Positions 1-12,974 of a stretch of DNA of 64,000 nt are shown here, in pieces. The notes beneath the pieces are model-generated. The model ran no database searches, was not told where the DNA came from, and was given only the letters and a program-made list of their open reading frames with translations. A program made the position numbers and the translations under genes. This DNA comes from Laetmonice hystrix (taxonomy: Eukaryota): positions 21,204,001 to 21,268,000 of the forward strand of contig OZ249437.1 of NCBI GenBank assembly GCA_965235115.1. The letters run 5' to 3'. How positions within the stretch are numbered: position 1 is the first letter of the stretch; every line of letters begins with the position of its first letter.

Positions 1-549
1 GACACAGTTATAATAGGCCTGTAACAGGCCCAAAACAACGTCTGCATGGGGGACACAGTTATAACAGGCCCAAAACAACGTCTGCATGGGGGACACAGTT
101 ATAATAGGCCTGTAACAGGCTCAAAACAACGTCTGCATGGGGGACATAGTTATAATAGGCCTGTAACAGGCCCAAAACAACTTCTGCATGGGGGACACAG
201 TTATAATAGGCCTGTAACGGGCCCAAAACAACTTCTGCATGGGGACACAGTTATAATAGGCCTGTAACAGGCCTAAAACAACTTCTGCATGGGGACACAG
301 TTATAATAGGCCTGTAACAGGCCCAAAACAACGTCTGCATGGGGGACACAGTTATAATAGGCCTGTAACAGGCCCAAAACAACGTCTGCATGGGGGACAC
401 AGTTATAACAGGCCCAAAACAACGTCTGCATGGGGGATACAGTTATAATAGGCCTGTAACAGGCCCAAAACAACTTCTGCATGGGGGACACAGTTATAAT
501 AGGCCTGTAACAGGCCCAAAACAACGTCTGCATGGGGGACACCGTTATA
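1..549. repeat. Minisatellite, 51-bp unit with 39-bp deletion variants, ~11 copies, presumed intronic, truncated by window start
   Basis: GACACAGTTATAATAGGCCTGTAACAGGCCCAAAACAACGTCTGCATGGGG repeated. Confidence 0.95.
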
Positions 550-1344
550 GAGGCGCAGAGAACATTGTGATACTCATTGAGGCGTGTTTGGGGAGGCGGC
601 AGTACCAGTTCTATACGTTCTTCGTACACCAACAGTGAAACCACTCAGGTCAAGGGACAGAAAGGTCAAATAAAGGAACATGCCCCCCCCCCCAATAAGT
701 AGAAAGATACATGGGAATATAATAAAGTTTCTCCGAACCACCTGTATAGTTTGGGTCCAAACGTTAACACTTACACCCTGGGAACAGTTGATGTCGAGGC
801 GGGGTTCACAGTGGCTGAATGACGGATTTCTTTATATCCATCGATAAACTATTCAATACATGAGACATGAGACTTTATCTGGTATCCGCCTGATGAGGAA
901 GTGTCACCACTCATATACAGTCCCGTATATCACGGATCACATATCGACCTAGTGAAAGTGATAGTGGCCAGGTGGCGGATTACATGGTCCCCCACTGTAA
1001 TAGAGTTTTAATTACATGTAGATATGCTTACATTGCGAGAACCAATTATAATTTTAACAATCCTGGGGGGAGTTTACATATACGTTCACGAATAGGTGAA
1101 AGGGGGAGTTGAGAGAGTACATTATGATGTCATTCTTCATGTTTGTTTGACCCTGACCGGAGAGACTGCCGGAACCGCTCTGTATAATCATTTCCATATA
1201 CTACTTACCGACTTCATTTACACAATGTGATCTTGATTACAATAATTCTGCTGTGGGTTTTAATTATCTTTGGAGTTTACTCTACATGACACCAGTTTAC
1301 ACTGTATATGTGTGGCAATGATTAGAGTTGCGATGTTTATTCAA

Positions 1345-1368
1345 AGTTTGTTTTTTATGTTTCTACAG
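1345..1368 (+). other. 3' splice acceptor of the intron preceding the DMA exon
   Basis: T-rich tract followed by CTACAG immediately before the open frame that leads into the DMA domain. Confidence 0.8.
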
Positions 1369-2252
1369 AACCCAAGAGAGTTCGGAAAGACTCGGAGCTG
1401 GACGTGTCTGGGAGCGAGCCGCCCACACCGCCACCGTCCGAGTCGCTGGGCCGGGCGCCGAGCTCACCTGGAGACGGGAGGACCTCACCACGGGATGGAC
1501 GGACCCCAGACCGGGCTCCGTCAGCGCCACCCTCCTCGTCATCCTCACCGAGAAGTCCACACAACTTGTCCCGGGTGACAAACGGTGGAGGAGACAGTCC
1601 GTCGTCGTCGAGCGAGTCAGCCCGGCCGGACCCCCTCAATTGTTCCCGGGGCTCCGTGTTGTCAGAGCCCGGGTCGGTGGGCGGGAGTGGCGGGAATGCC
1701 ATGAGGAGAGCTCCCATTGACATCCTGGGCCGAGTCTTCCCCCACATGAAGCGGTCCGTGCTACAGCTCATTCTCCAGGGGTGTAACGGAGACGTTGTGC
1801 AGGCCATCGAGCAGGTGCTCAATAACCACAGCGAACCCACAACGGCATCGGCGGCGGCGGCGGCGGCAGCGGCTGCAGCGGCGGCCGGCATGCCGTCAGG
1901 GTCAGTCCCGGTGAGCGTGGCGCACCGTCCGTACATCACCCTCCCACACACCCTGACGGGTGGCCCGGCGGGCGGGGCCGGTGGAGTCGGTATCAAGTCC
2001 GCATTCTCACCCATCACGTCCCTAGCGGCTGCTAACGCCGCCATGAGCCAGTCCCCGTTACGGTACGCGTACGCCGGACTTCCCAATGCTCGCGGCCTGG
2101 CCGTGGCTATGCCATACCCGGCTGGATTCATGCCTAACCTGGCTGCTACCCTCGGGTACGGTTACTCAGCGCTGGCAGGCGCTCAGAAATCTGGACTCTC
2201 ACCGTACGGAATCTGTGGCTGTCCGTACGGCACCGACACTAACGACAAGTAG
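1369..2252 (+). CDS. DMRTA2: Terminal coding exon of a DMRTA-class (DMRT4/5, Dmrt99B-like) transcription factor; DM-domain exon is upstream of the window
   Basis: Translation contains RRAPIDILGRVFPHMKRSVLQLILQGCNGDVVQAIEQVLNNH, a DMA domain closely resembling DMRTA2 (…LQGCGGDVVQAIEQVLN…), followed by poly-Ala, the DMRTA-typical KSAFSPI motif and a C-terminal CGCPYG; stop TAG at 2250-2252. A pyrimidine tract plus CAG acceptor (ttttttatgtttctacag) ends at 1368 and gives a phase-1 in-frame entry (xAA CCC AAG AGA GTT = EPKRV if the upstream exon supplies G). GC-rich codon usage. The DMRTA1 versus DMRTA2 distinction is not meaningful outside vertebrates. Confidence 0.92.
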
Positions 2253-2476
2253 GCTTCAGACTGTGAATGACCTTGAATGACCTTGTGTTAGAAGGACTCA
2301 GCGGAAAACGCCGTCCGCTAGAGATTCAATGTGCTGTGACGTAAAGTGTGTGACGTGGTTTACCCCAGGATAAGATCATTGACTAAACCCACCCAGACAC
2401 TGCAGGCTACGACAGGCTAAACTCATTGACACGTGATCCTTGGCTACCAACATCATGCACTGTACAGATTGAGGAT

Positions 2477-3711
2477 TCACTGGTGATGTCCTCCCAACAT
2501 CAGTCTATATCACTGGTGATGTCCTCCCAACACCACAGTCTATATCACTGGTGATGTCCTCCCATCACAAATCACTGGTGATGTCCTCCCAACACCACAG
2601 TCTATATCACTGGTGATGTCCTCCCAACATCAGTCTATATCACTGGTGATGTCCTCCCAACATCACAGTCTATATCACTGGTGATGTCCTCCCAACATCA
2701 GTCTATATCACTGGTGATGTCCTCCCAACACCACAGTCTATAGCACTGGTGATGTCCTCCCAACATCAGTCTATATCACTGGTGATGTCCTCCCAACATC
2801 AGTCTATATCACTGGTGATGTCCTCCCAACACCACAGTCTATATCACTGGTGATGTCCTCCCATCACAAATCACTGGTGATGTCCTCCCAACACCACAGT
2901 CTATATCACTGGTGATGTCCTCCCAACATCAGTCTATATCACTGGTGATGTCCTCCCAACATCACAGTCTATATCACTGGTGATGTCCTCCCAACACCAC
3001 AGTCTATATCACTGGTGATGTCCTCCCAACATCAGTCTATATCACTGGTGATGTCCTCCCAACATCAGTCTATATCACTGGTGATGTCCTCCCAACATCA
3101 GTCTATATCACTGGTGATGTCCTCCCAACATCAGTCTATATCACTGGTGATGTCCTCCCAACATCACAGTCTATATCACTGGTGATGTCCTCCCAACATC
3201 AGTCTATATCACTGGTGATGTCCTCCCAACATCACAGTCTATATCACTGGTGATGTCCTCCCAACATCAGTCTATATCACTGGTGATGTCCTCCCAACAT
3301 CAGTCTATATCACTGGTGATGTCCTCCCAACATCAGTCTATATCACTGGTGATGTCCTCCCAACATCAGTCTATATCACTGGTGATGTCCTCCCATCACA
3401 AATCACTGGTGATGTCCTCCCAACACCACAGTCTATATCACTGGTGATGTCCTCCCAACATCAGTCTATATCACTGGTGATGTCCTCCCAACATCAGTCT
3501 ATATCACTGGTGATGTCCTCCCAACATCAGTCTATATCACTGGTGATGTCCTCCCAACATCAGTCTATATCACTGGTGATGTCCTCCCATCACAAATCAC
3601 TGGTGATGTCCTCCCAACATCAGTCTATATCACTGGTGATGTCCTCCCAACATCAGTCTATATCACTGGTGATGTCCTCCCAACACCACAGTCTATATCA
3701 CTGGTGATGTC
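2477..3711. repeat. Minisatellite, 33-bp unit (35- and 26-bp variants), ~37 copies, starting ~225 bp after the DMRT stop
   Basis: ATCACTGGTGATGTCCTCCCAACATCAGTCTAT repeated. Confidence 0.97.
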
Positions 3712-4193
3712 ATGATATCGAAGCCAGGCCAAGGGTCATCTCTGAAGATCGGGACCCTGTCAACATTTACCAAGCGACCCCTTAAAGTGAGACTCCAAGC
3801 CTGAGACCTGACAAAGTACCACGTTCATATTGGTACCTAATTAACGCTCCCTGTGCTGCAGTATACATCCTCGCCGGACTATATGATACTTGATACATGA
3901 TACTTGATACTTGATACCTAGATATATGATATATAGAGAGGATGCCAGATTCGCTGACTACTGTGGATTTCGATCTCTAGGTATATCTGTTTACATGTGA
4001 TTTGTCATTACTCTCACAGTAAGATGGCTATAGATCATGCACACGTGTGTCCGACCCCTCACACCTTTATTGAGACCTTCCTATATGTATAGTTAAGTTA
4101 TATTCTTAGCCAGATTATATTGAAGTCACACGAAGTATGTATATATATTTTACGCCGTTCTTCAGGGCCATTATAATTATGTCTTCCCACCTG

Positions 4194-4280
4194 GGACAAG
4201 CGATTCAAAACTTAATTTCTTAAGCTTAAGTTAAGCTAGAATAAGCTAAAAGAAGAACTTAAGTTATGAACAACCAGGCC
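4194..4280. mobile_element. Degenerate 87-bp Harbinger-like MITE
   Basis: CTG on both sides (4191-93, 4281-83); right end reads GGCCTGGTTGTTCATAACTTAA on the minus strand, 15/22 identical to the left end; TTAAG-rich interior as in the 34325 and 40979 elements. Confidence 0.5.
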
Positions 4281-4757
4281 CTGATATTGACCTATATACC
4301 GCATCACTGGCCGGATCATGGAAGCCATTGCTTCAATCAACTTCAGTGGGATAATTCAATCGGTGAAATATCAATAATAGACCCTGTGTAAGTAAGTGTA
4401 AGTATGTAAGTATACATATAATCAAGTACTCGGACCTTGAACCAAACATCGTTCCTTCAGTACATGGCTTGTGTATGTAGGAGGGTGGAGTGTGTGTACG
4501 TGCACGGCCTTGCTCAAAGTTAATCTCACTGAATGATATCAAACATTATAGACGTTTAGGTTTGGTAAGAAAGACAAACCAGTCTGAGGATTCAAGGGAG
4601 AAAACGTTGTCAGACACAACTTGCTATATCCGGAATGGGACATACAGAACGCGTCCGGCATGATTTGTGCCAAACAATATACTCATGACTCAAACAATAC
4701 TTGTACTCATGAGTTCAACAGTATTCTATACTCTCTTCAGGATACTTTGGTAAAATA

Positions 4758-5142
4758 CGAGGGATGTTCCAAAATTTGGGAGGTTTTTCTGAGAGGACAA
4801 CCCCTAGTCATTGCATTGCTTTGGTGAACCCCTCATTCGAAAGCTAAGAGTGTTACGCAACGATTGGTGATAATGGTCACTGAAATGCCACCTCATACTT
4901 CAAGCTATTTACTATCTGAATGCAGGTCCCCAAGATCATGTTTACACAAGGGTGTCCCTTGCCCAGGAAAGGGTTCAGACCGACTCTCCATTGTCATTCC
5001 TACTGGCACTGACTGGAGCTCTGACTGCCACATGTGTAACGTTCCCTCTGACCACGCACTACTTGAGGGCTTCATCAAAGCAATGCGATGAGTATGAGTT
5101 GTTCCCTCAGAAAAAACGCCCCTAATTTTGGAACATCCCTCG
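4758..5142. mobile_element. 385-bp Tc1/mariner-type MITE
   Basis: TA target duplication (4756-57, 5143-44); perfect 19-bp TIR CGAGGGATGTTCCAAAATT with imperfect similarity extending ~80 bp; CGAGGG termini are typical of mariner elements; no coding capacity. Confidence 0.85.
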
Positions 5143-5393
5143 TATAACACCGCATGATATACATACGATGTTATATTATAATGTACATGTATTTAGCTTC
5201 CCTACACACATACAATAACATCTAAATATAACCTATATACATTTGTGACAACGTATATAGGCCTACATCTATTACATTGTGTGGTTCTCCGAGTTAATCT
5301 GTACGTACGTGTGTTCTGAGGTGCGTGCACATGTCTACACGTGTCGAATTCTGAACCTGATTTTTACTGCCAGACGTGCATCCCTCCTAGTAT

Positions 5394-5656
5394 CAATTCA
5401 TGGCAGAATTCGTTACGGACAATTCATGGCAGAATTCGTTACGGACAATTCATGGCAGAATTCGTTACGGACAATTCATGGCAGAATTCGTTACGGACAA
5501 TTCATGGCAGAATTCGTTACGGACAATTCATGGCAGAATTCGTTACGGACAATTCATGGCAGAATTCGTTACGGACAATTCATGGCAGAATTCGTTACGG
5601 ACAATTCATGGCAGAATTCGTGACGGACAATTCATGGCAGAATTCGTTACGGACAA
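5394..5656. repeat. Minisatellite, 26-bp unit x10
   Basis: CAATTCATGGCAGAATTCGTTACGGA repeated almost perfectly. Confidence 0.97.
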
Positions 5657-5796
5657 AGAGGACAATGACATATTTGACAAGGTCAGAGCCAAGTGCTCGC
5701 GGCAATCAGCTCGGATATCAACTGCTGCAGTGATCTCACACCGCTGGTATTTAGTAATAACTCTGGTCATGTCGCCTCATGGTCACGGCAGTGAAC

Positions 5797-6090
5797 AATG
5801 TGTAACACCAAGACCGATCACTAAACCCGTGGCTGTCCGTAACACCAAGACCGATCACTAAACCCGTGTCTGTCCGTATAATGTGTAACACCAAGACCGA
5901 TCACTAAACCCGTGTCTGTCCGTATAATGTGTAACACCAAGACCGATCACTAAACCCGTGTCTGTCCGTAACACCAAGACCGATCACTAAACCCGTGGCT
6001 GTCCGTAACACCAAGACCGATCACTAAACCCGTGGCTGTCCGTATAATGTGTAACACCAAGGCGGATCACTAAACCCGTGTCTGTCCGTA
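5797..6090. repeat. Minisatellite, 37/46-bp units x~7
   Basis: AACACCAAGACCGATCACTAAACCCGTG(G/T)CTGTCCGT with or without ATAATGTGT. Confidence 0.93.
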
Positions 6091-6220
6091 TGTCCAGATT
6101 TATAGAATGGCATATAAAGACACAATTTTAGCCATGGACGACATGCGTTTGATTCATTGAAACTTGTATGTCATCGTTATTGTTGTAGTCACAGGTTGGC
6201 CCCTGGTATCCGATTATAGG

Positions 6221-6226
6221 AATAAA
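6221..6226 (+). promoter_or_regulatory. First canonical AATAAA found downstream of the DMRT stop (candidate polyadenylation signal)
   Basis: Manual scan of 2253-6220 found no AATAAA; function unverified. Confidence 0.2.
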
Positions 6227-6320
6227 ATGTTCGAAGTTGTCAAATCTAGCGTTATGTCTTTTGTGTGCGTGTGTGCAAGCACTAACGTGTGTGGCTCATT
6301 AATGTGGCTTCATCGATTAT

Positions 6321-7332
6321 AACTCTACACTTGGTGAATTCTAACTCTACATGAGACACGATCAAAGATACCTAACTCTACACTTGGTGAATTCTAACTC
6401 TACATGAGACACGATCAGAGATGCCTAACTCTACACTTGGTGAATTCTAACTCTACATGAGACACGATCAAAGATGCCTAACTCTACACTTGGTGAATTC
6501 TAACTCTACATGAGACACGATCAAAGATGCCTAACTCTACACTTGGTGAATTCTAACTCTACATGAGACACGATCAGAGATACCTAACTCTACACTTGGT
6601 GAATTCTATCTAACTCTGCATGAGACACGATCAGAGATACCTAACTCTACACTTGGTGAATTCTAACTCTACATGAGACACGATCAAAGATGCCTAACTC
6701 TACACTTGGTGAATTTTAACTCTGCATCAGACACGATCAGAGATGCCTAACTCTACACTTGGTGAATTCTAACTCTGCATGAGACACGATCAGAGATACC
6801 TAACTCTACACTTGGTGAATTCTAACGCTGCATCAGACACGATCAGAGATACCTAACTCTACACTTGGTGAATTCTAACGCTGCATCAGACACGATCAGA
6901 GATACCTAACTCTACACTTGGTGAATTCTAACGCTGCATGAGACACGATCAGAGATACCTAACTCTACACTTGGTGAATTCTAACTCTACATGAGACACG
7001 ATCAAAGATGCCTAACTCTACACTTGGTGAATTCTAACTCTACATGAGACACGATCAAAGATGCCTAACTCTACACTTGGTGAATTCTAACTCTGCCTCA
7101 GACACGATCAGAGATGCCTAACTCTACACTTGGTGAATTCTAACGCTGCATGAGACACGATCAGAGATACCTAACTCTACACTTGGTGAATTCTAACTCT
7201 GCCTCAGACACGATCAGAGATACCTAACTCTACACTTGGTGAATTCTAACTCTGCCTCAGACACGATCAGAGATGCCCAACTCTACACTTTGCATCAGAC
7301 ACGATCTGCATCAGACACGATCAGAGATGCCT
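6321..7332. repeat. Minisatellite, 53-bp unit x~18
   Basis: AACTCTACACTTGGTGAATTCTAACTCTACATGAGACACGATCAAAGATGCCT repeated, with a 5'-to-3' gradient of variants. Confidence 0.97.
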
Positions 7333-7974
7333 CAATATTCCAAGCCTGGCCGACGATGGCGGAACTGTCAGGCTGCTGAAAAAAGATTGGAATGCCGCCT
7401 CGGGTGGCGTATCTCTGACCGTCATTCGGAATGGGCAGTTGTCGGCGGGATGTGTGATTCCATGTATTTAAACGCGATGTCCGACAGCGCAACGCAATTG
7501 TATATAAAGTGTTTCTTTCGGGGCGACGGCGATGGGAGTATTGTGACGACCATTAGTGCGGCGGGGCGCGGGCCAGGCCGGGCCGGTTGCTATCGCTGCC
7601 GAGTAGTCATTGAGCATTCCGTGGTTAGGGAGGCGGCCGCCGAGCTCAGGCAGCCCACAATCAGCACCCGGGCTGGCCATTGTTCGAGCCGCCTCCTCCT
7701 TCACCGCTCCGGTGCTTCATCATCCCACATTCAGACACATACACGTGGAAATATTGATAAATAGATATTCATAGAAACAAATGAAAAGGGGGTCCGTTTT
7801 ACGATACATTTACTACTGGCATTCTGGAGACAAATGGCGTGAAATTAAACGTTTGTCGGGGCGATGAGAGCTGGCAGAAACGCGCGCAATAACACGACGA
7901 GGGGCCCGGGAAAGAGGCTGCCGAGAATTAATCAGTTTTTCATTACGGGGAATCACGGCAACAGTAACAGGTGA

Positions 7975-8490
7975 CACGACGTGACGTCGTCTGAGTGTGC
8001 CGGCGGAGGAGAACGCGCAGAACGGGGCGGGATGACGTGACGTCGTCCGTACCGTGGGGCGGGATGACGTGACGTCTTGGACCACATACAGCAGGACGCG
8101 CAGAGCGGGGCGGGATGACGTGACGTCGCCTGTATGGACCACATACAGCAGAACGCGCAGAGCGGGGCGGGATGACGTGACGTCGTCTATATGGACCACA
8201 TACAGCAGGACGCGCAGAGCGGGGCGGGATGACGTGACGTCGTCTGTATGGACCACATACAGCAGAACGCGCAGAGCGGGGCGGGAGGACGTGACGTCAT
8301 GGACCACATACAGCAGGACGCGCAGAGCGGGGCGGGATGACGTGACGTCGTCCGTACCGTGGGGCGGGATGACGTGACGTCGTCTGTATAGACCACATAC
8401 AGCAGAACGCGCAGAGCGGGGCGGGATGACGTGACGTCGTCTGTATGGACCACAGCAGAACGCGCAGAGCGGGGCGGGATGACGTCGTCT
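7975..8490. repeat. CpG-rich minisatellite with 32- and ~54-57-bp units sharing GGGGCGGGATGACGTGACGTC
   Basis: About 10 copies of the anchor with two alternative spacers. Confidence 0.92.
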
Positions 8491-9097
8491 GACGGCGCGC
8501 GATCAGTGACGTCACGGAACGCTCTACTCCCGGCTGATCTGAAATCACCGACACTCGTCTTCACGGATAAACTCCGGTGGGGGTCGTTTCACAATGTTTT
8601 AATAGTTTCTCCTTATCCGCGGTTTCTATACTAAAAAATGGGAATGGGAATTTGTGGAAGTTGACCGGACATTTATAGGCCCTACAGCGTGAAAAGAAAG
8701 AAACATAGAAAAAAACAACAACAAAGGAAGAAGAAAGAAAGGGGAATAAACACGTCTTCCCATAACTGCAAGCCGCAGTGTCATGCGCGGGATGGTACTA
8801 TGTTAGTGCGTAGACATGCATGGCTGGGCTTAGAGTCTACTTATAAGCCGATATACATGACATGTTTGAGTGTTCTAGATTTATACGTTTTGTACCCGAG
8901 GTGGGCTAATCCTGGGAGTTGTAACAGCCTCCCGGATCTAACAGAAAAGGTTCGGGTAACGTTGAGGAAACGTTACTCGACGTTTAGTGACCTATTTTCT
9001 GAGCTCAGATACGATATACTTCCGGCGCACGTGCAAAGAGACGCTGAGACCGGTGGCGACCCCCAGCGGCGAGTGAGGCCGACCTGCGCGAACAGGA

Positions 9098-9272
9098 TGC
9101 GCACCAAGCTTAAGGCTTAAGGCGCACCAAGCTTAAGGCTTAAGGCGCACCAAGCTTAAGGCTTTGACAAAATCGTTGACCTGGCATTGACTTGAACAGC
9201 CAAAATTTCATTGGTTCATAGCCCGATGAATCTCATTGGCTGATCAAGTCAATGCCAGGTCAACAACCAGGC
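9098..9272. mobile_element. Foldback/MITE relic: 23-bp triplication followed by a 29-bp inverted repeat
   Basis: GCGCACCAAGCTTAAGGCTTAAG x~3; arms 9175-9203 and 9236-9264 are 28/29 complementary; right end AACAACCAGGC resembles the end of the 4194 element. Confidence 0.5.
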
Positions 9273-9804
9273 ATGAGACGATCGCTTCATAGCGACAACA
9301 GGCAACTGGAATGTTGAATTTCATTAGATTTCTCCATTTCTCTCCTAACAACCCATGTCTTCATTTGGGAGTCATTGAACTAAGAGATAATCGTAAATGG
9401 CTTTAACTTCTGTTGAAATGTTCAAGTTGATAAGTAAAACCAGGTTAGGACGTTATTACAACTAAGTCTGGACCAGCAATTTTTGAGACACAATTTTGAC
9501 TTAACTCTCATTCCTCACACGTCTAAGAAATCAGCGACAAGTGGGGGTGGGGGAGGGCGAGGAATGACGTCACACACCCTCCCCAGCCTCTCGTACCTTC
9601 TGACCATCCACGGTCCCCGCCCGACCTTCCCAGAAACACGATTACTGACCGGTTATTGCGTGTCAGTGCCAGTGAACGTCCCCCATTCCCTGCATGTACG
9701 TGCGTGCACCCAAACACGTGCACCCCGTGTGCACACACACGCATGTTTGTGATTTATGTCCGAAACCTGCTATGTGACAATAGTGGCTACAGGTGGGGTT
9801 TATT

Positions 9805-10801
9805 ACAGCGACCTACCTGTCGAGAGGGAGAACCCTTCAAACGACAACACACATATACAGCGACCTACCTGTCGAGAGGGGGAACCCTTCAAACGACAAC
9901 ACACATATACAGCGACCTACCTGTCGAGAGGGAGAACCCTTCAAACGACAACACACATATAGCGACCAACCTGTCGAGAGGGAGAACCCTTCAAACGACA
10001 ACACACACATACAGCGACCTACCTGTCGAGAGGGAGAACCCTTCAAACGACAACACACATATACAGCGACCTACCTGTCGAGAGGGGGAACCCTTCAAAC
10101 GACAACACACATATACAGCGACCTACCTGTCGAGAGGGAGAACCCTTCAAACGACAACACACATATAGCGACCAACCTGTCGAGAGGGAGAACCCTTCAA
10201 ACGACAACACACACATACAGCGACCTACCTGTCGAGAGGGAGAACCCTTCGAACGACAACACACATATACAGCGACCTACCTGTCGAGAGGGAGAACCCT
10301 TCAAACGACAACACACACATACAGCGACCTACCCGTCGAGAGGGGGAACCCTTCAAACGACAACACACACATACAGCAACCTACCTGTCGAGAGGGAGAA
10401 CCCTTCAAACGACAACACACACATACAGCGACCTACCTGTCGAGAGGAGGAACCCTTCAAACGACAACACACATATACAGCGACCTACCTGTCGAGAGGG
10501 GGAACCCTTCAAACGACAACACACATATACAGCAACCTACCTGTCGGAAGGGAGAACCCTTCAATCGACAACACACACATACAGCGACCTACCTGTCGAG
10601 AGGGAGAACCCTTCAAACGACAACACACACATACAGCGACCTACCTGTCGAGAGGGAGAACCCTTCAAACGACAACACACATATACAGCGACCTACCTGT
10701 CGAGAGGGGGAACCCTTCAAACGACAACACACATATACAGCGACCTACCTGTCGAGAGGGGGAACCCTTCAAACGACAACACACATATACAGCGACCTAC
10801 C
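9805..10801. repeat. Minisatellite, 52-bp unit x19
   Basis: ACAGCGACCTACCTGTCGAGAGGGAGAACCCTTCAAACGACAACACACATAT repeated. Confidence 0.97.
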
Positions 10802-11355
10802 TTTGGGGGGGGGGGTAATTCGGGGGGGGGCCTCAATCCCTCACCAATATTTTCAGTGCATGGTGCCTATTTTATTCGTGAGAACATTAGACTCTATCTG
10901 TCTAGCCCCCTGAATAATTCCATGAAAATTATCTAGCCCCCTCATTAATGTGATGGAGCCCCCCCCCCCCTTCCCCCACCCCTAGCTATTGGTGGGGGTC
11001 GGGGTTGCTATCAATCCTACCGGCAGGCATGGTCACAGATAAGATGCCGGCCTTTTACCAGAAACACAATATTTACCTACAACCAGGGGTCATTAGGTAC
11101 ATTCCTATATGTACATATAGTGTAGCTTTGATCAAGCGTGGCAAGGTTCACGCATGCGTATCAAAATCGTATAGATACTATCGAAGTCGTAGATAGTATC
11201 AAAGTCGTAGATACTATCGCCGTCCAATTATACGTGAAGTTGTACATAAAACGATTAGGGTATACGACATGCATGTTTCATATTCCATGGCTGTATCGTC
11301 TATTGAGATTTGAAATACATGTAGTGTGAATAGTGGATGTCTCAACAGACCCTAT

Positions 11356-12918
11356 ACACCTGGCCTGGCTGACCTGCCGGCCCCCAGTCTCACACTCGGC
11401 CTGGCTGACCCCAGTCTCTCCCCCCCCCCCGGCCTGGCTGGCCCCAGTCTCACACCCGGCCTGGCTGGCCCCAGTCTCACACCCGGCCTGGCTGACCCCC
11501 GTCCCCCACCCGGCCTGGCTGACCCCAGTCCCCCACCCGGCCTGGCTGACCCCAGTCCCCCACCCGGCCTGGCTGACCCCAGTCCCCCACTCGGCCTGGC
11601 TGACCCCTGTCCCCCCACCCGGCCTGGCTGACCCCTGTCCCCCCACCCGGCCTGGCTGACCCCTGTCCCCCCACCCGGCCTGGCTGACCCCAGTCCCACA
11701 CCTGGCCTAGCTGACCTCAGTCCCACACTCGGCCTGGCTGACCCCAGTCCCACACCCGGCCTGGCTGACCTGCCGGCCCCCAGTCCCACACCCAGTCTGG
11801 CTGACCCCAGTCCCACACCCGGCCTGGCTGACCCCAGTCCCCCCCCCCACCCGGCCTGGCTGACCCCAGTCCCCCACCCGGCCTGGCTGACCCCAGTCCC
11901 CCACCCGGCCTAGCTGACCCCAGTCCCCCACCCGGCCTGGCTGACCCCAGTCCCCCACCCGGCCTGGCTGACCCCCACCCCCACCCCCACCCCCCACCCC
12001 CACCCCCACCCGGCCTGGCTGACCCCAGTCCCCCACCCGGCCTGGCTGACCCCAGTCCCCCACTCGGCCTGGCTGACCCCTGCCCCCCACTCGGCCTGGC
12101 TGACCCCAGTCCCCCACCCGGCCTGGCTGACCCCAATCCCCCACCCGGCCTGGCTGACCCCAATCCCCCACCCGGCCTGGCTGACCCCAATCCCCCACCC
12201 GGCCTGGCTGACCCCAGTCCCCCACCCGGCCTGGCTGACCCCGGTCCTCCCCCCACCCGGCATGGCTGACCCCAGTCCCCTACCCGGCCTGGCTGACCCC
12301 AGTCTCCCACCCGGCCTGGCTGACCCCAGTCCCCCCCCCCCCCCACCCGGCCTGGCCGACCCCCGCCCCCCCCCCACTCGGCCTGGCTGACCCCAGTCTC
12401 CCACCCGGCCTGGCTGACCCCTGTCCCCCACCCGGCCTGGCTGACCCCAATCCCCCACCCGGCCTGGCTAACCCCAGTCCCCCACTCGGCCTGGCTGACC
12501 CCAGTCCCCCACCCGGCCTGGCTGATCCCTATCCCCCCCACCCGGCCTGGCTGACCCCAGTCCCCCACCCAGCCTAGCTGACCCCAGTCCCCCACCCGGC
12601 CTGGCTGACCCCAGTCCCCCACCCCCCCACCCGGCCTGGCTGACCCCAGTCCCCCACCCGGCCTGGCCGACCCCAGTCCCCCACTCGGCCTGGCTGACCC
12701 CAGTCCCCCACCCGGCCTAGCTGACCCCAGTCCCCCACCCGGCCTGGCTGACCCCAGTCCCCCCCCACCCCCCCACCCCCACCCGGCCTGGCTGACCCCA
12801 GTCCCCCACCCGGCCTGGCTGACCCCAGTCCCCCCACCCGGCCTGGCTGACCCCAGTCCCCCCTCCCCCCCCCCCCACCCGGCCTGGCTGACCCCAGTCC
12901 CCCACCGGGCCTGGATGA
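11356..12918. repeat. C-rich minisatellite, ~27-bp unit x~55, G-quadruplex-prone on the minus strand
   Basis: CCCGGCCTGGCTGACCCCAGTCCCCCA repeated with variable C-run lengths. Confidence 0.97.
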
Positions 12919-12974
12919 CCTTCAGCCTTCAGACCCCTGTTTGATCGGTTCCCAGTCGGACACGTCTGCCGGTC

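Noticed and set aside
1355-2131. 258-aa minus-strand ORF and other frames overlapping the DMRT exon
   Set aside because: Shadow ORFs of GC-rich coding sequence; no recognisable domain.
7273-7764. 163-aa ORF beginning in the last unit of the 53-bp array
   Set aside because: Start codon derives from the repeat; no homology recognised; no splice signals supporting an exon.
9793-10818. 341-aa ORF and the similar long ORFs at 11352-12905, 15236-16239, 39979-42013, 41969-43040 and 61807-62282
   Set aside because: Each is the translation of a stop-free tandem repeat, open in several frames and strands, with no splice or domain evidence.
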